Positions 1-8,421 of a stretch of 23,451 bases of DNA are shown here, one piece after another. The notes under the pieces are model-generated. The model was not told where the DNA came from. It searched no databases and saw only the letters and a list, made by a program, of their open reading frames with translations. Where the stretch lies: the NCBI GenBank assembly GCA_027031765.1, contig JALVPN010000212.1:1-23451 (forward strand), in the 5' to 3' direction. How positions within the stretch are numbered: position 1 is the first letter of the stretch; each line of letters opens with the position of its first letter. The position numbers and the translations under genes were made by a program. Origin of the DNA: Promethearchaeota archaeon (GTDB lineage: Archaea > Asgardarchaeota > Thorarchaeia > Thorarchaeales > Thorarchaeaceae).

Positions 1-1236
1 CAGGTACTCGACCTTGCTCATCCAGTCGAGCTCCTCAGGCGACGGGAGGGTCTCTGGCAGCTGGAGGACGACCATGGTAGCCGTGAACAGGGCGAAGAGC
101 AGTACCACGGGCAGCGTGGCAGGGTCGGCCAAGATCCGCACCACTATCACATTGTCGGTGATGACACCCGCGACCGTCCCAATACCAAAGGTCGCGAAGG
201 ACAGGCCCTGGTGTATCCGCCCGCCCCCACGGGGTATCAGCTCCACAGAGTACAGGTAGCTGCCAAACACGCTGAGTGTAAAGCCCACACCCAGTACGAT
301 GGGGAAGACGGTTCTCAGTGCAATGTCTTCGGCAACGCCTGCGCTCTGGAGGAATGACAGGACAAGGAATGCCAGGGCCAGGATGTAGTAGCCGATGAGT
401 TGGCTCCAGCGCCGACCAATCCTGTCATATACGACCCCCGCAGGGATAGCTATTGCCAGAAATGTGCCGAAGAGCACAACGACGAACCTGTGCAGCGCCT
501 GTGTCACAATGCCCTCGGGGAGGAGCAACACCACGGCATAGTAGCTGTTCGTAAAGAAGAAGCCTGTGAAGAACATCATTGTCAGTGATGTGCCAACACC
601 CGGTGTCCTGAGGACGGGGCCCACATGTGACCTCCGTGGCGCAATCTCCTCCTCTATCAACCTCCCCACATATAGTAGCCCTGCTGACAGTAGTCCGAAG
701 CCACAGAGCAGGCCGACACTCATGGGTGTCCTCACCTGTTCCGGCAAGACATCTGCTACCGTTGTGGCCAGGACACAGACCGAGAGGACACAGCTCGCAA
801 AGTAGAAGAGGCGACCGTTACGCTCGGGCCTCTGGAGATACGGCACGGTCACCACCATCACAGCAGGCAGCATGTTGCCTATGACGAGACCGTTCAGCCC
901 AAGTAGCACGACGGTGGCAACACGTCTCACCGTTTCAGATACCGCAAGGACAGGCACCACGGTGAGCAGTGCAAGACCGCCTGCTAGGAGCAACCCCGAG
1001 ACCGCCCCTATGGTCACTGGACTCCTGCGGGACGAGTATGCAACATAGAGCAGGCTCCCAATGGAGACCATCACAAGGTGTACTACTACCAGTACCGCTG
1101 GCAGCCCCACTCTTGCGAGTGCCGAGAACTCGAGCGTGAAGTGAAATGACCACACGAGAGAGGCCACAACCGGCACAGCAAACAGGGCAGGCCCCAGCTC
1201 AGAAATGAGGTTGCGTACAGTACCCATCATCTGCAT
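1..1236 (-). CDS. MFS-type multi-pass membrane protein, 3'-truncated by the window edge (>=412 aa); missed by the ORF track
   Basis: Minus frame is stop-free from ATG 1236 (alternatives 1230/1227; GGAG upstream) to position 1, checked codon by codon. It encodes about 12 hydrophobic segments (MQMMGTVRNLISELGPALFAVPVV...) and the MFS motif A-like GVVYDRIGRR, and ends ...LQLPETLPSPEELDWMSKVEYL at the edge. Confidence 0.85.
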   Translation of the reverse strand, partial: MQMMGTVRNLISELGPALFAVPVVASLVWSFHFTLEFSALARVGLPAVLVVVHLVMVSIGSLLYVAYSSRRSPVTIGAVSGLLLAGGLALLTVVPVLAVSETVRRVATVVLLGLNGLVIGNMLPAVMVVTVPYLQRPERNGRLFYFASCVLSVCVLATTVADVLPEQVRTPMSVGLLCGFGLLSAGLLYVGRLIEEEIAPRRSHVGPVLRTPGVGTSLTMMFFTGFFFTNSYYAVVLLLPEGIVTQALHRFVVVLFGTFLAIAIPAGVVYDRIGRRWSQLIGYYILALAFLVLSFLQSAGVAEDIALRTVFPIVLGVGFTLSVFGSYLYSVELIPRGGGRIHQGLSFATFGIGTVAGVITDNVIVVRILADPATLPVVLLFALFTATMVVLQLPETLPSPEELDWMSKVEYL

Positions 1237-1532
1237 CGCTTGCTGGCTCCGTCCAACACCCGGCAGGTACGAGGCTCTCAGACTCGCCGCTGGTGCATCC
1301 TGAAACTACCGTCAATCAACGTGTCAGATATGTGTTGTCATCCTTGTGGCATGGAGCTGACAGCATGTCCCCTCACAGCTCTACCATGTCCCATGTTGTT
1401 TTTCGACGCTGACCAGCAGTGCGCGCAGCGCCCGCATGGCGCCACTGTGAAACTGCGTATGAGCATGTGAGGCCGGTGCTAGAGTTTCTCCTCTCCTCGG
1501 TGACGCTCTCTCGTGGAGCACTGGCAGACCCC

Positions 1533-1579
1533 TCTCCCATGTATGGCCCGGTCTCCCATGTATGGCCCGGTCTCCCATG
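1533..1579. repeat. 19-bp perfect tandem repeat x2.5 (TCTCCCATGTATGGCCCGG) in a divergent intergenic region
   Basis: Exact copies at 1533-1551 and 1552-1570, with a partial copy (TCTCCCATG) at 1571-1579. Confidence 0.95.
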
Positions 1580-1784
1580 ACGGATTCACAGGCACAGCGT
1601 AGCGGCCCTGCTACCCGCACATTGTCAGTGTTCCCTTTGGTCAGGTGCACCTGTGCGAGGGGTCGCTGCGGAGTCCGGCTCCACATGTGTGCGTGTGGGC
1701 GTCTGGCCCTAGGCACGCCACTGCTAACTATGCGTGTCCCACCTCGTCCGCCCGACGTCCTCATACATCGCATGGTCAGGAGCA

Positions 1785-1796
1785 AGTATTAATACT
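1785..1796 (+). promoter_or_regulatory. Perfect AT-rich palindrome AGTATTAATACT; candidate TATA box or operator
   Basis: 12-bp self-complementary AT-rich island in GC-rich DNA, 25-55 nt upstream of the candidate starts at 1822/1849. Confidence 0.5.
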
Positions 1797-1848
1797 CCTT
1801 GTGCGAAATAAAGAGTGTCACATGGCCTACTTGATGGTGGTGAACAGT

Positions 1849-3201
1849 ATGAGGGCAATACATGCTCATGTTGTTCTTATCGCGGGCTGTATTCTCCTTG
1901 CTAGCGTGGTCGCCCCGTCAGCACAGGGGGCAAGCGTACTGGGATTGCCCCACACTGGGACGGGCGTTGACAGGACTATGGCCCAGACGCCCGACAATGA
2001 GTCAGACGACTACTTCGTTGTGACGCCAGACAGCGTCTTGGCCCGCGTCCGTACCACCAACACGATAGAGCTCCGCGTAACAAACTTTGATTCAGAGGTA
2101 CACGACTTCAGTATCTTCATCATCACTACGTGCTCATACTTGGACCTGTATTTCTCCGGCAGCAAGCTGCCGCGGCACGAGATAACAGGCGGTAAGTACG
2201 TATTCGTTGTTCCCGCTGACTTGGACTACTTTGTCCCGAACAAGACTGTGGTCATTGCGGTGGGCCTGTATCCTGACCTGCCTGAAGGCCTCGTCTACGC
2301 ACTGACCGAACTCCAGTTCAACCTGAGCATAGATGGGTCGGTCTGTGATGTGGAGCGTGTGAGCGTCTATGTGACCGAGTCCTACGAGATGATTGAGAAC
2401 TATCCTTTGGTGAAGGAGGCATCCATCTCCCCAAGCGTCATGTTCAAGGTCGAGAAGAACCCGCTCTTGGCTGCGAGTGGCACTTCTCTCACGCTCATAG
2501 TCAACAATACCGACTCGATGCCCCATGAGTACACATTGCACATCAACGATAGGGCCGGGACGTTACGCATATTCGAAGGCATCAACGAGCTCAGCCCTGG
2601 TGTCAACACTACGGGTCACGAGTTCACGATACCCCTTGGCGGCAATTTCGTCTACCAAGAAGTCCCCCTGATCCTACTGGCGGAGCAGCTGCCAGGCACT
2701 GTATGGTTCCGACAGGTTGTCGAGCTGAGTGTGACCGTCGACTCTTCCCAGTTCCAACCGTGCTACTTCGGACTGGACGTGGGAAATACGGAGGCCCTCA
2801 ATGTCACCTTTGATGACATTGTGTTTGAAGAGGTTGAGTCAGGGGCTGTGCGTGGGACAACTCATGTGCACGGGTTGCCCCAGGCAGTGCTGGCATCACT
2901 GCACCTCGCCCTGATGCTCCCGGACGTAGATGCAATGCCACTGTTCAGAGTCCATGACGACGGAGAGCTCACAGTAGTCATCTCTCGTGACACCCTTGGC
3001 TTGGCCGCGGACAGGCTCCTCTCAGGCAACAGCTCTGTCTGTATTGCAGGCTTCTATGGTCGTGTGGGTCTTGCGTCAATCGTGCACGGACTGGTCAGCA
3101 CTTCGAGCCCTGCCATCCCGCTGTTGCTGTATGTCGGTATTGGGGCCGGGGCATGCGTGGTTGTTATCCTGGCTGCCATCTGGTATAGACGGCGCTACTA
3201 G
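1849..3201 (+). CDS. Secreted, C-terminally membrane-anchored cell-surface protein with repeated Ig-like beta-sandwich domains (~450 aa)
   Basis: ATG 1849 is preceded by GGTGGTGA (ATG 1822 is an alternative; the ORF-track start at 1645 is unlikely). It has a signal peptide (VVLIAGCILLASVVAPSAQG), an internal repeat IELRVTNFDSEVHDFSIFI / LTLIVNNTDSMPHEYTLHI, and a C-terminal TM helix followed by WYRRRY. Confidence 0.8.
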   Translation: MRAIHAHVVLIAGCILLASVVAPSAQGASVLGLPHTGTGVDRTMAQTPDNESDDYFVVTPDSVLARVRTTNTIELRVTNFDSEVHDFSIFIITTCSYLDLYFSGSKLPRHEITGGKYVFVVPADLDYFVPNKTVVIAVGLYPDLPEGLVYALTELQFNLSIDGSVCDVERVSVYVTESYEMIENYPLVKEASISPSVMFKVEKNPLLAASGTSLTLIVNNTDSMPHEYTLHINDRAGTLRIFEGINELSPGVNTTGHEFTIPLGGNFVYQEVPLILLAEQLPGTVWFRQVVELSVTVDSSQFQPCYFGLDVGNTEALNVTFDDIVFEEVESGAVRGTTHVHGLPQAVLASLHLALMLPDVDAMPLFRVHDDGELTVVISRDTLGLAADRLLSGNSSVCIAGFYGRVGLASIVHGLVSTSSPAIPLLLYVGIGAGACVVVILAAIWYRRRY

Positions 3202-3512
3202 GACTGGATAGTCGGACAGACCATTCACGTACACACGTATGTTACCTCCCCCTTTGTGAGTACTTTGCCTAGGACTCGTTTCAGGGAGCATGCTGGAGGT
3301 CTGAGATTCGGTTCATCTGTACTGACGCTGTCCGTACTGACAATACGCCTGGGCAGAACCAGACACATTGTACAATGCCATACAGAGCGCAGGTATAGGA
3401 GTTCCACATGTGTCTGTGTCGAGTGACCCATTAGGGCGGGATGCTCCTGCTGTGCTAGCCATGAGTCCGGCTCATGCGCCACTTGTTCCAGTACCACCTA
3501 CGGTCTGATATC

Positions 3513-6500
3513 TCAGCTTGGCATAGCAAAACGGAGCACCTCAATGATCCTCCTGACTGCATGGTCCGCAATGTCATGGTCTGCGCAGCGCGGGTTCGAA
3601 GCACATTCTGCTAGTTTCTTGCACATGTCCATAACCAGGTCGGTAGCCTTCTTCCTTATGGCACTGTACCGCTCTGCGACTAGGACTATGTGCCAGCAGA
3701 GGATGAATCTCGCCATGATGGTATATCTGTCGGGTTCCCTGGCATGCTTGAGCTCGTCACAGATATTTCGAATGATTGTCTGCGCAGTCTTTTCCAGGTG
3801 CTTTGTCATGCTCTCCGACGAGAGATAGCTGTCGATTACCCCGACTATAGCATCCAACATGGTTGCGAATTTCGGCATACCAATCCGCGACCTGACATTG
3901 AGGACTCTTGTGAGGTTTTCAGCTGCCCCGTCGATTTGCTTCGACAGTCGTGCCTCGCGGAACTGATCCGCAAGATACGCAGCGTTCAGGAGCGCTATCA
4001 CCAGCATCGGCTCAGGGCCATATCCACTGGGCAACCACTCCACCCCCTCTCTGAGGAGCTGCGACATGTACCGCTCCTTCAACCAGTCGAGGTGCGTACG
4101 GATACTCTCCGGATTCTCAAGGGCCTCCTGCACAAAGTGGCTGACATGATGCAGAATGTCCATGCGGATGTGGGGCTTGGCACTTGAGAGGGCTATCACG
4201 CCCTCCCAGACTTCGTCCAAGGGAATGAAGAACCCGTTCAGATGGAGACGCAGGAGCGACAGTCTGAACTCGACGGAGGGGGTGCTTAGTCCCGTGCCAT
4301 GTACATCGCCCGTCGCCATTCTTTCAGCATCTACGTACGTATCTACTATGTTCGCAATGATTTCGTTGATTAGTTCAACTGGGCCCCTCCTGCTAGCGGT
4401 ACGACGCTGCTGGGTCAGTTCCCTCATGAGGTCAAGTGCAAGACCATGTTGGTCTGACACAAGCATTGCGAAGGCCAGGGCACGGCTCGTTTCCCTAGCC
4501 ACACTCTTGCTACGACCCAGGGCACGGCTCGTTTCCCCAGCCACACTCTTGCTACGGCGAGCGCCAGATGCAACAAGTCCCAGCAGCCTAGACTTCAGTT
4601 CCTGCGCAAAGATTCCGGCACGTATTCTTGTTTCTGGTGTGGGTGAGGGCACAACGGCCATGAGGACTGTTCCTAGGCGGTGCAGCTCCTCCTTCGTCAT
4701 CTTATCTGTCCTCTGTGGGTCGAGACTATGGATGATGCTCGTCCCAAACGCTAACGCAAGCCTCCTGAAGCGTCCATTTCCTGTACTTGCTGTCCACCTC
4801 TCTAGCAGTCCGAGTTTTGCTCTGTCTGGTAGCTGTTGGTGAATCTGACTCTCCAGTCTCTCTTGTTCATCGGGCCCGGGCCGTTTCATGAGAAACCGGA
4901 TGATTCTCTCAGCATCATCAATATCTTCGGCCTGACTCAGCATCCGGAGAAGAAGTCCTTTCTGCTTCCACAAGGCATCCCCAATTGTTCCGTACATCTC
5001 AGTATCCGAGTGCTCGGCAAGCTTGGCTATGAGCCGGGTGCGCCTCTCCTTCACGGCCTTTTCGGTCAGGCGGATTACAACTCGTCCCACCACCCGTGAC
5101 CACAGTCTACCCGAGATACTCGGGTCTTCTATGAAGTCCACTACCTTTTCGTTGCAGGTGTCCATGACTAGTCCCGCAAGCCCGTCGACAACAGCTTCCT
5201 CAGTGTCGTGTACCTCCCCCACATTGTGGCGCTCAACTACGAACCTGACAAACCTGCGTGCCCCGTCGCACTCGGTAGTCCCACGGGGTAGCTGCCCTTT
5301 GCGCAAAGTTTCGGCAATGGCAGTGTACACTTCGCGAGAGAACTTCTTGTTCTCCGGAAGCTTGGTCACCACGTCTCGGTACCCGAAGTCTTCACCGATG
5401 CGCTGGACGACAGTTGCCCTGATGATTGCCTCGACAAGCGGTACCAGCCCGGGTCTTCGCCCCTTCTGTTGAGGTGCTCTGAGCATGTCTGCAACCCAAT
5501 CCGCAAGATGACCCAGCAGCTCGGCGTCGTCGCTACATGCTTTGACAAATGCCCCCACGTACTTGCCAGCCCGCGCCAATTCCAAGCGCTTCTCACCGGC
5601 AAGTGCGTCGGCAACTTGAATGGCGCGCGCAAAGGCATCGACACCGGCCTTCTCCTGTGCATGTCGTACAAGAACCTCCAGCACACGTTCAACCAGCTCC
5701 GGGTGCTCTCTGACGGTGTCCTCCCTCTCCAGCACCTTCGTGAGGGATTTGGGCGGTAGGTTCTCCAGTGCACGGCCAATCATGTCCAATAGAATCCTAT
5801 GGAGCTCGTTTTCCAGTCGCGTCTGCCTGGTTCTTGGTAAGGCTCCGAGGATACTGTCAATGTATTTGTGCGGACAGGCTTCCTGACCAAGTGCTCTTTC
5901 CATATTCCGAAGTACTGCCTCCACGCCCGGTAGGGCTCCAGTACTATTCAATGCCTCCGCATGTGAAAGGAGGTACTTGCAGAGTCGTAGTATCTCATCT
6001 GTGCCAACGCTCTTTCCTATCCGGACAGAAACGAACGTGTCCAACACGGCCCGGTCGAGTGCGCTGAACTCACTTGGTATGGCTTGCAGCGCCTCTTGAT
6101 ACTCCCTGACCGTTACGTGCTTCCACAAGTCGAGTAGAGTACTGAATAGGGCCTCCGTTTCATCTTTTGCCTGAAACTTCCCCCTGACACGTTGTCCATC
6201 GATGTTGAACGCATAGAATCCTTGGCCAAAAAGTGTGCTCTCTGCGCTGCGATGTGGGAATACAAGGCATGTGTGCGCATCCCGCCTACCTCGTGTGACG
6301 AGCTCGTCCACTTCGATGTCCCTGCGCAGTGACGGCGGGATGAACATGAGCGCAGTGATCATCATGAACCGCGGTGGGACTTCGTTGCGACTCACAAGCA
6401 TGACCTTGTGCCCTTCAAGGAGCGCTTCAATCAGTGGCCTGATTTCTTGCACTATATTCTTATCAAGCCGGTCGAGCGGCCGGTCTGGCTCCCCGATACT

Positions 6501-7007
6501 ACCCTCCTGAATGATGTTGCATATCTCGTAGTAGAGGTTGTCAAGTTCCCCTTCGTCTATCTCCTCCAATCCTGTTTTCTTCGGTACCTTTCTAGGACTG
6601 ATTGGCGGGCGTTCTTCCCTGAGCAGATGCGGCAGCAGGAGGTGTGGCAGTCCGTGCAACCTCTGGTAGTCCCCTGGACTGAGGACAAGACAGGCCAACA
6701 TGGAGACCAGTCGGCCAGCCGTGTCCTTACCGGCGTGTTTCACAAGGGATACAATACGTTGTTCCTGCTGCTCTCCGTAAGTCCTAGTTCTCAGCACCCC
6801 GTCCGAGTAGCACAGTGAGTCGACAACAGACTTGCCACGACTCCCAATCCTAGGATCCCCGCCCAGAGGGATTCTGTCAGCTTGGATGTTCAGGCTCTGA
6901 TACACTGCTCTGGCATATTCTACTCTGAGGTTGTTGCTATACTCGTACACGTCATACCCGACGTCGGCAGCTTTCATCCATCCGCCTACTATCCGACCCA
7001 CCCTCAT
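3513..7007 (-). CDS. Large (1164 aa) protein: N-terminal GAP1-N2/GAP1-M-like (DENN-like) module plus a long alpha-helical solenoid
   Basis: Long ORF. N-terminal GYDVYEYSNNL and AGKDTAGRLVSMLACLVL resemble GAP1-N2 (G-f/y-x-v-x-x-S-x-x-l; G-x-D-x-x-GR). LIEALLEGHKVMLVS...ITALMFIPPSLRR resembles GAP1-M/cDENN. The remainder is Leu/Glu/Arg/Ala-rich amphipathic helices with no TM segment. Start could be 7007 or 6977. Confidence 0.85.
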   Translation of the reverse strand: MRVGRIVGGWMKAADVGYDVYEYSNNLRVEYARAVYQSLNIQADRIPLGGDPRIGSRGKSVVDSLCYSDGVLRTRTYGEQQEQRIVSLVKHAGKDTAGRLVSMLACLVLSPGDYQRLHGLPHLLLPHLLREERPPISPRKVPKKTGLEEIDEGELDNLYYEICNIIQEGSIGEPDRPLDRLDKNIVQEIRPLIEALLEGHKVMLVSRNEVPPRFMMITALMFIPPSLRRDIEVDELVTRGRRDAHTCLVFPHRSAESTLFGQGFYAFNIDGQRVRGKFQAKDETEALFSTLLDLWKHVTVREYQEALQAIPSEFSALDRAVLDTFVSVRIGKSVGTDEILRLCKYLLSHAEALNSTGALPGVEAVLRNMERALGQEACPHKYIDSILGALPRTRQTRLENELHRILLDMIGRALENLPPKSLTKVLEREDTVREHPELVERVLEVLVRHAQEKAGVDAFARAIQVADALAGEKRLELARAGKYVGAFVKACSDDAELLGHLADWVADMLRAPQQKGRRPGLVPLVEAIIRATVVQRIGEDFGYRDVVTKLPENKKFSREVYTAIAETLRKGQLPRGTTECDGARRFVRFVVERHNVGEVHDTEEAVVDGLAGLVMDTCNEKVVDFIEDPSISGRLWSRVVGRVVIRLTEKAVKERRTRLIAKLAEHSDTEMYGTIGDALWKQKGLLLRMLSQAEDIDDAERIIRFLMKRPGPDEQERLESQIHQQLPDRAKLGLLERWTASTGNGRFRRLALAFGTSIIHSLDPQRTDKMTKEELHRLGTVLMAVVPSPTPETRIRAGIFAQELKSRLLGLVASGARRSKSVAGETSRALGRSKSVARETSRALAFAMLVSDQHGLALDLMRELTQQRRTASRRGPVELINEIIANIVDTYVDAERMATGDVHGTGLSTPSVEFRLSLLRLHLNGFFIPLDEVWEGVIALSSAKPHIRMDILHHVSHFVQEALENPESIRTHLDWLKERYMSQLLREGVEWLPSGYGPEPMLVIALLNAAYLADQFREARLSKQIDGAAENLTRVLNVRSRIGMPKFATMLDAIVGVIDSYLSSESMTKHLEKTAQTIIRNICDELKHAREPDRYTIMARFILCWHIVLVAERYSAIRKKATDLVMDMCKKLAECASNPRCADHDIADHAVRRIIEVLRFAMPS
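4475..4556. repeat. 42-bp in-frame tandem duplication with one mismatch, encoding RSKSVAGETSRALG / RSKSVARETSRAL
   Basis: CCAGGGCACGGCTCGTTTCCC(T/C)AGCCACACTCTTGCTACG starts at 4475 and again at 4517. Confidence 0.95.
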
Positions 7008-7068
7008 CGTCTACCAACCCGGTGTGGTTCATTGATGCTTGGGTCTCACCTCACTCCTCCATTGAGTT

Positions 7069-8181
7069 CTAGCGCCGCATCAGCTCGACAATCTTCATTA
7101 TCGGAACCAAGAGTCTGTGCGGTCTCAAGACGATGACCTCCTTTCCGTCCTCGTTCTCTTCCGTCTTGGGTTGGTCTGGTGTCCCCCATGCTGAGTAGGC
7201 GGCCACATGGGTCTCATTGTTGTGCCAACTACTGAACAGGTTCCGTATCTGCTGTGCTGACGCCTTCATATGTCTATTGAACCACTGAGCAACGTCGATG
7301 TCCACATTCCCACTCCCCTTCTTTTGAGACCCTTGAGACTTATCCTTTTGAGGCCCTTGACACTTATCCTTTTGAGACCCCTGCGACTCATCCAACCCCA
7401 ACCACTTCTCAGCATGGGAGAAGGCGACTATGAGGGGTTGGTCGAGTTGGACACGTACGCGCCGCCATCCCCTCATTTGTATTCGATGTTCTGCGACATG
7501 TTTTGCAACGATGAACAGTAGAGCGTCAGCAATCTTGTCGCGCATCTCGATCACGGACTCGGACTCCTCGCACTGTCGGATGTCCTCGCACTGTCGGATG
7601 TCGAGGAGGAGAATGTACCCGTCGTACTTCTCATTCAATATGCTCTGCAGTCCTTTCCTCTGCTCCTCCTCGATGATGCTCAAGTTCTTTTCTACCTCTT
7701 TGAGGAAGGTGTTGAAGACTTTGAGGCGTCTGGGGTGTACCTTGGTACCGGCGATTATTGATTGGGCAAGATGCAGTCTCTCAGTGCTGCTCTCGTTCTC
7801 AATGGCCTCAAGTGCCGCACGGAACACCTTCGTGTAGGTCTCGCCGGCTGTATCGACCAACTTGATACAGAACCTGACCTCATCACGAGTGCCTTCGTCC
7901 AAGACAAACCACATTGATATAGGCACGGTCTCGACCGTTGCAGCGGCCCCGGTATTACCCGCCAATAGTTCTCTCTGGACTGCCCGCAGGTGTTCTCTCG
8001 CATACATGTTCATGGGTGCAGCCTGCACCAGCCGGCCCAGTATTTGCGTTGTGCTCTCGTCCGGCTTGACTTGGTCGTGCTCCCCTTGCGTTAGGAGGTC
8101 GAGCATTGCCAGGAACACTGTCTTTCCTGCCGTTGGTGGGCCAATCAAGCATATGTTGAATGTCCTCCCTTCTGCCGCCAA
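7069..8181 (-). CDS. TRAFAC-class P-loop GTPase, DO-GTPase-like (paralog B, ~370 aa)
   Basis: G1 GPPTAGKT (8119-8142), G2-like AAATVET, G3 LVDTAGE, strand DGYILLLD, G4 position IVAFSHAE, G5-like YSAWG, C-terminal LRPHRLLVPI. TTG 8181 is preferred over the ORF-track GTG 8229 because GGGTGA lies 7 nt upstream of it and the TATA-like box sits immediately upstream of 8229. Confidence 0.85.
   Translation of the reverse strand: MAAEGRTFNICLIGPPTAGKTVFLAMLDLLTQGEHDQVKPDESTTQILGRLVQAAPMNMYAREHLRAVQRELLAGNTGAAATVETVPISMWFVLDEGTRDEVRFCIKLVDTAGETYTKVFRAALEAIENESSTERLHLAQSIIAGTKVHPRRLKVFNTFLKEVEKNLSIIEEEQRKGLQSILNEKYDGYILLLDIRQCEDIRQCEESESVIEMRDKIADALLFIVAKHVAEHRIQMRGWRRVRVQLDQPLIVAFSHAEKWLGLDESQGSQKDKCQGPQKDKSQGSQKKGSGNVDIDVAQWFNRHMKASAQQIRNLFSSWHNNETHVAAYSAWGTPDQPKTEENEDGKEVIVLRPHRLLVPIMKIVELMRR
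7321..7392. repeat. Three imperfect 24-bp tandem units encoding DESQGSQK/DKCQGPQK/DKSQGSQK
   Basis: CTTTTGAGACCCTTGAGACTTATC, CTTTTGAGGCCCTTGACACTTATC and CTTTTGAGACCCCTGCGACTCATC at 7321, 7345 and 7369. Confidence 0.9.
7565..7600. repeat. Exact 18-bp in-frame tandem duplication encoding DIRQCE-DIRQCE
   Basis: TCCTCGCACTGTCGGATG at 7565-7582 and 7583-7600. Confidence 0.95.
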
Positions 8182-8232
8182 CTGACGTTCACCCGCTACC
8201 TGATATTCCTTGTTCTGTGCTTGGTACACGGG

Positions 8233-8247
8233 CTTATACTCTTTTTG
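8233..8247 (-). promoter_or_regulatory. Archaeal BRE plus TATA-like promoter for GTPase B and the downstream large protein
   Basis: Minus strand reads CAAAAAGAGTATAAG (A-rich BRE followed by a TATA-like box), about 50 nt upstream of TTG 8181, with a GGGTGA RBS in between. Confidence 0.6.
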
Positions 8248-8421
8248 TGCATGTTTCGGCCACAGGTACTAAGTGTGGATGAGTGGGAGATGGCTGATAC
8301 CATTGGGCACCGGGCCCGATTGCAGGCACACAAAGGCACAGAGCTCTTCCAAGGAGGGCCTGACATCGCCTCTCTGTAGCCCACGTGCTACCTGGGGCTT
8401 GGACGGACAGCCCTGCTGGAC

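Noticed and set aside
1533-1579. 19-bp repeats considered as a CRISPR array or iterons
   Set aside because: The units are contiguous with no spacers, and no cas or rep gene is nearby.
14-1785. Short ORF-track calls at 14-259, 400-588, 566-805, 627-884, 935-1153, 1240-1470, 1381-1785 and 1562-1792
   Set aside because: Most are shadows of the minus-strand MFS gene. The rest are Ser/Pro/Arg/Cys-rich intergenic frames with no motif or RBS.
3225-3497. 90-aa minus ORF starting 16 nt after the helical-protein stop; possible fourth cluster gene
   Set aside because: No recognisable motif and atypical composition. It cannot be excluded without a homology search but is unsupported.
6952-7060. Strong RBS-like GGAGGAGTGAGGTGAG after the GTPase B stop, with a 26-codon ORF from ATG 7032; considered as a frameshifted N-terminus or leader peptide
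   Set aside because: The large protein's N-terminal motif appears complete from 7007/6977, and the peptide has no features.
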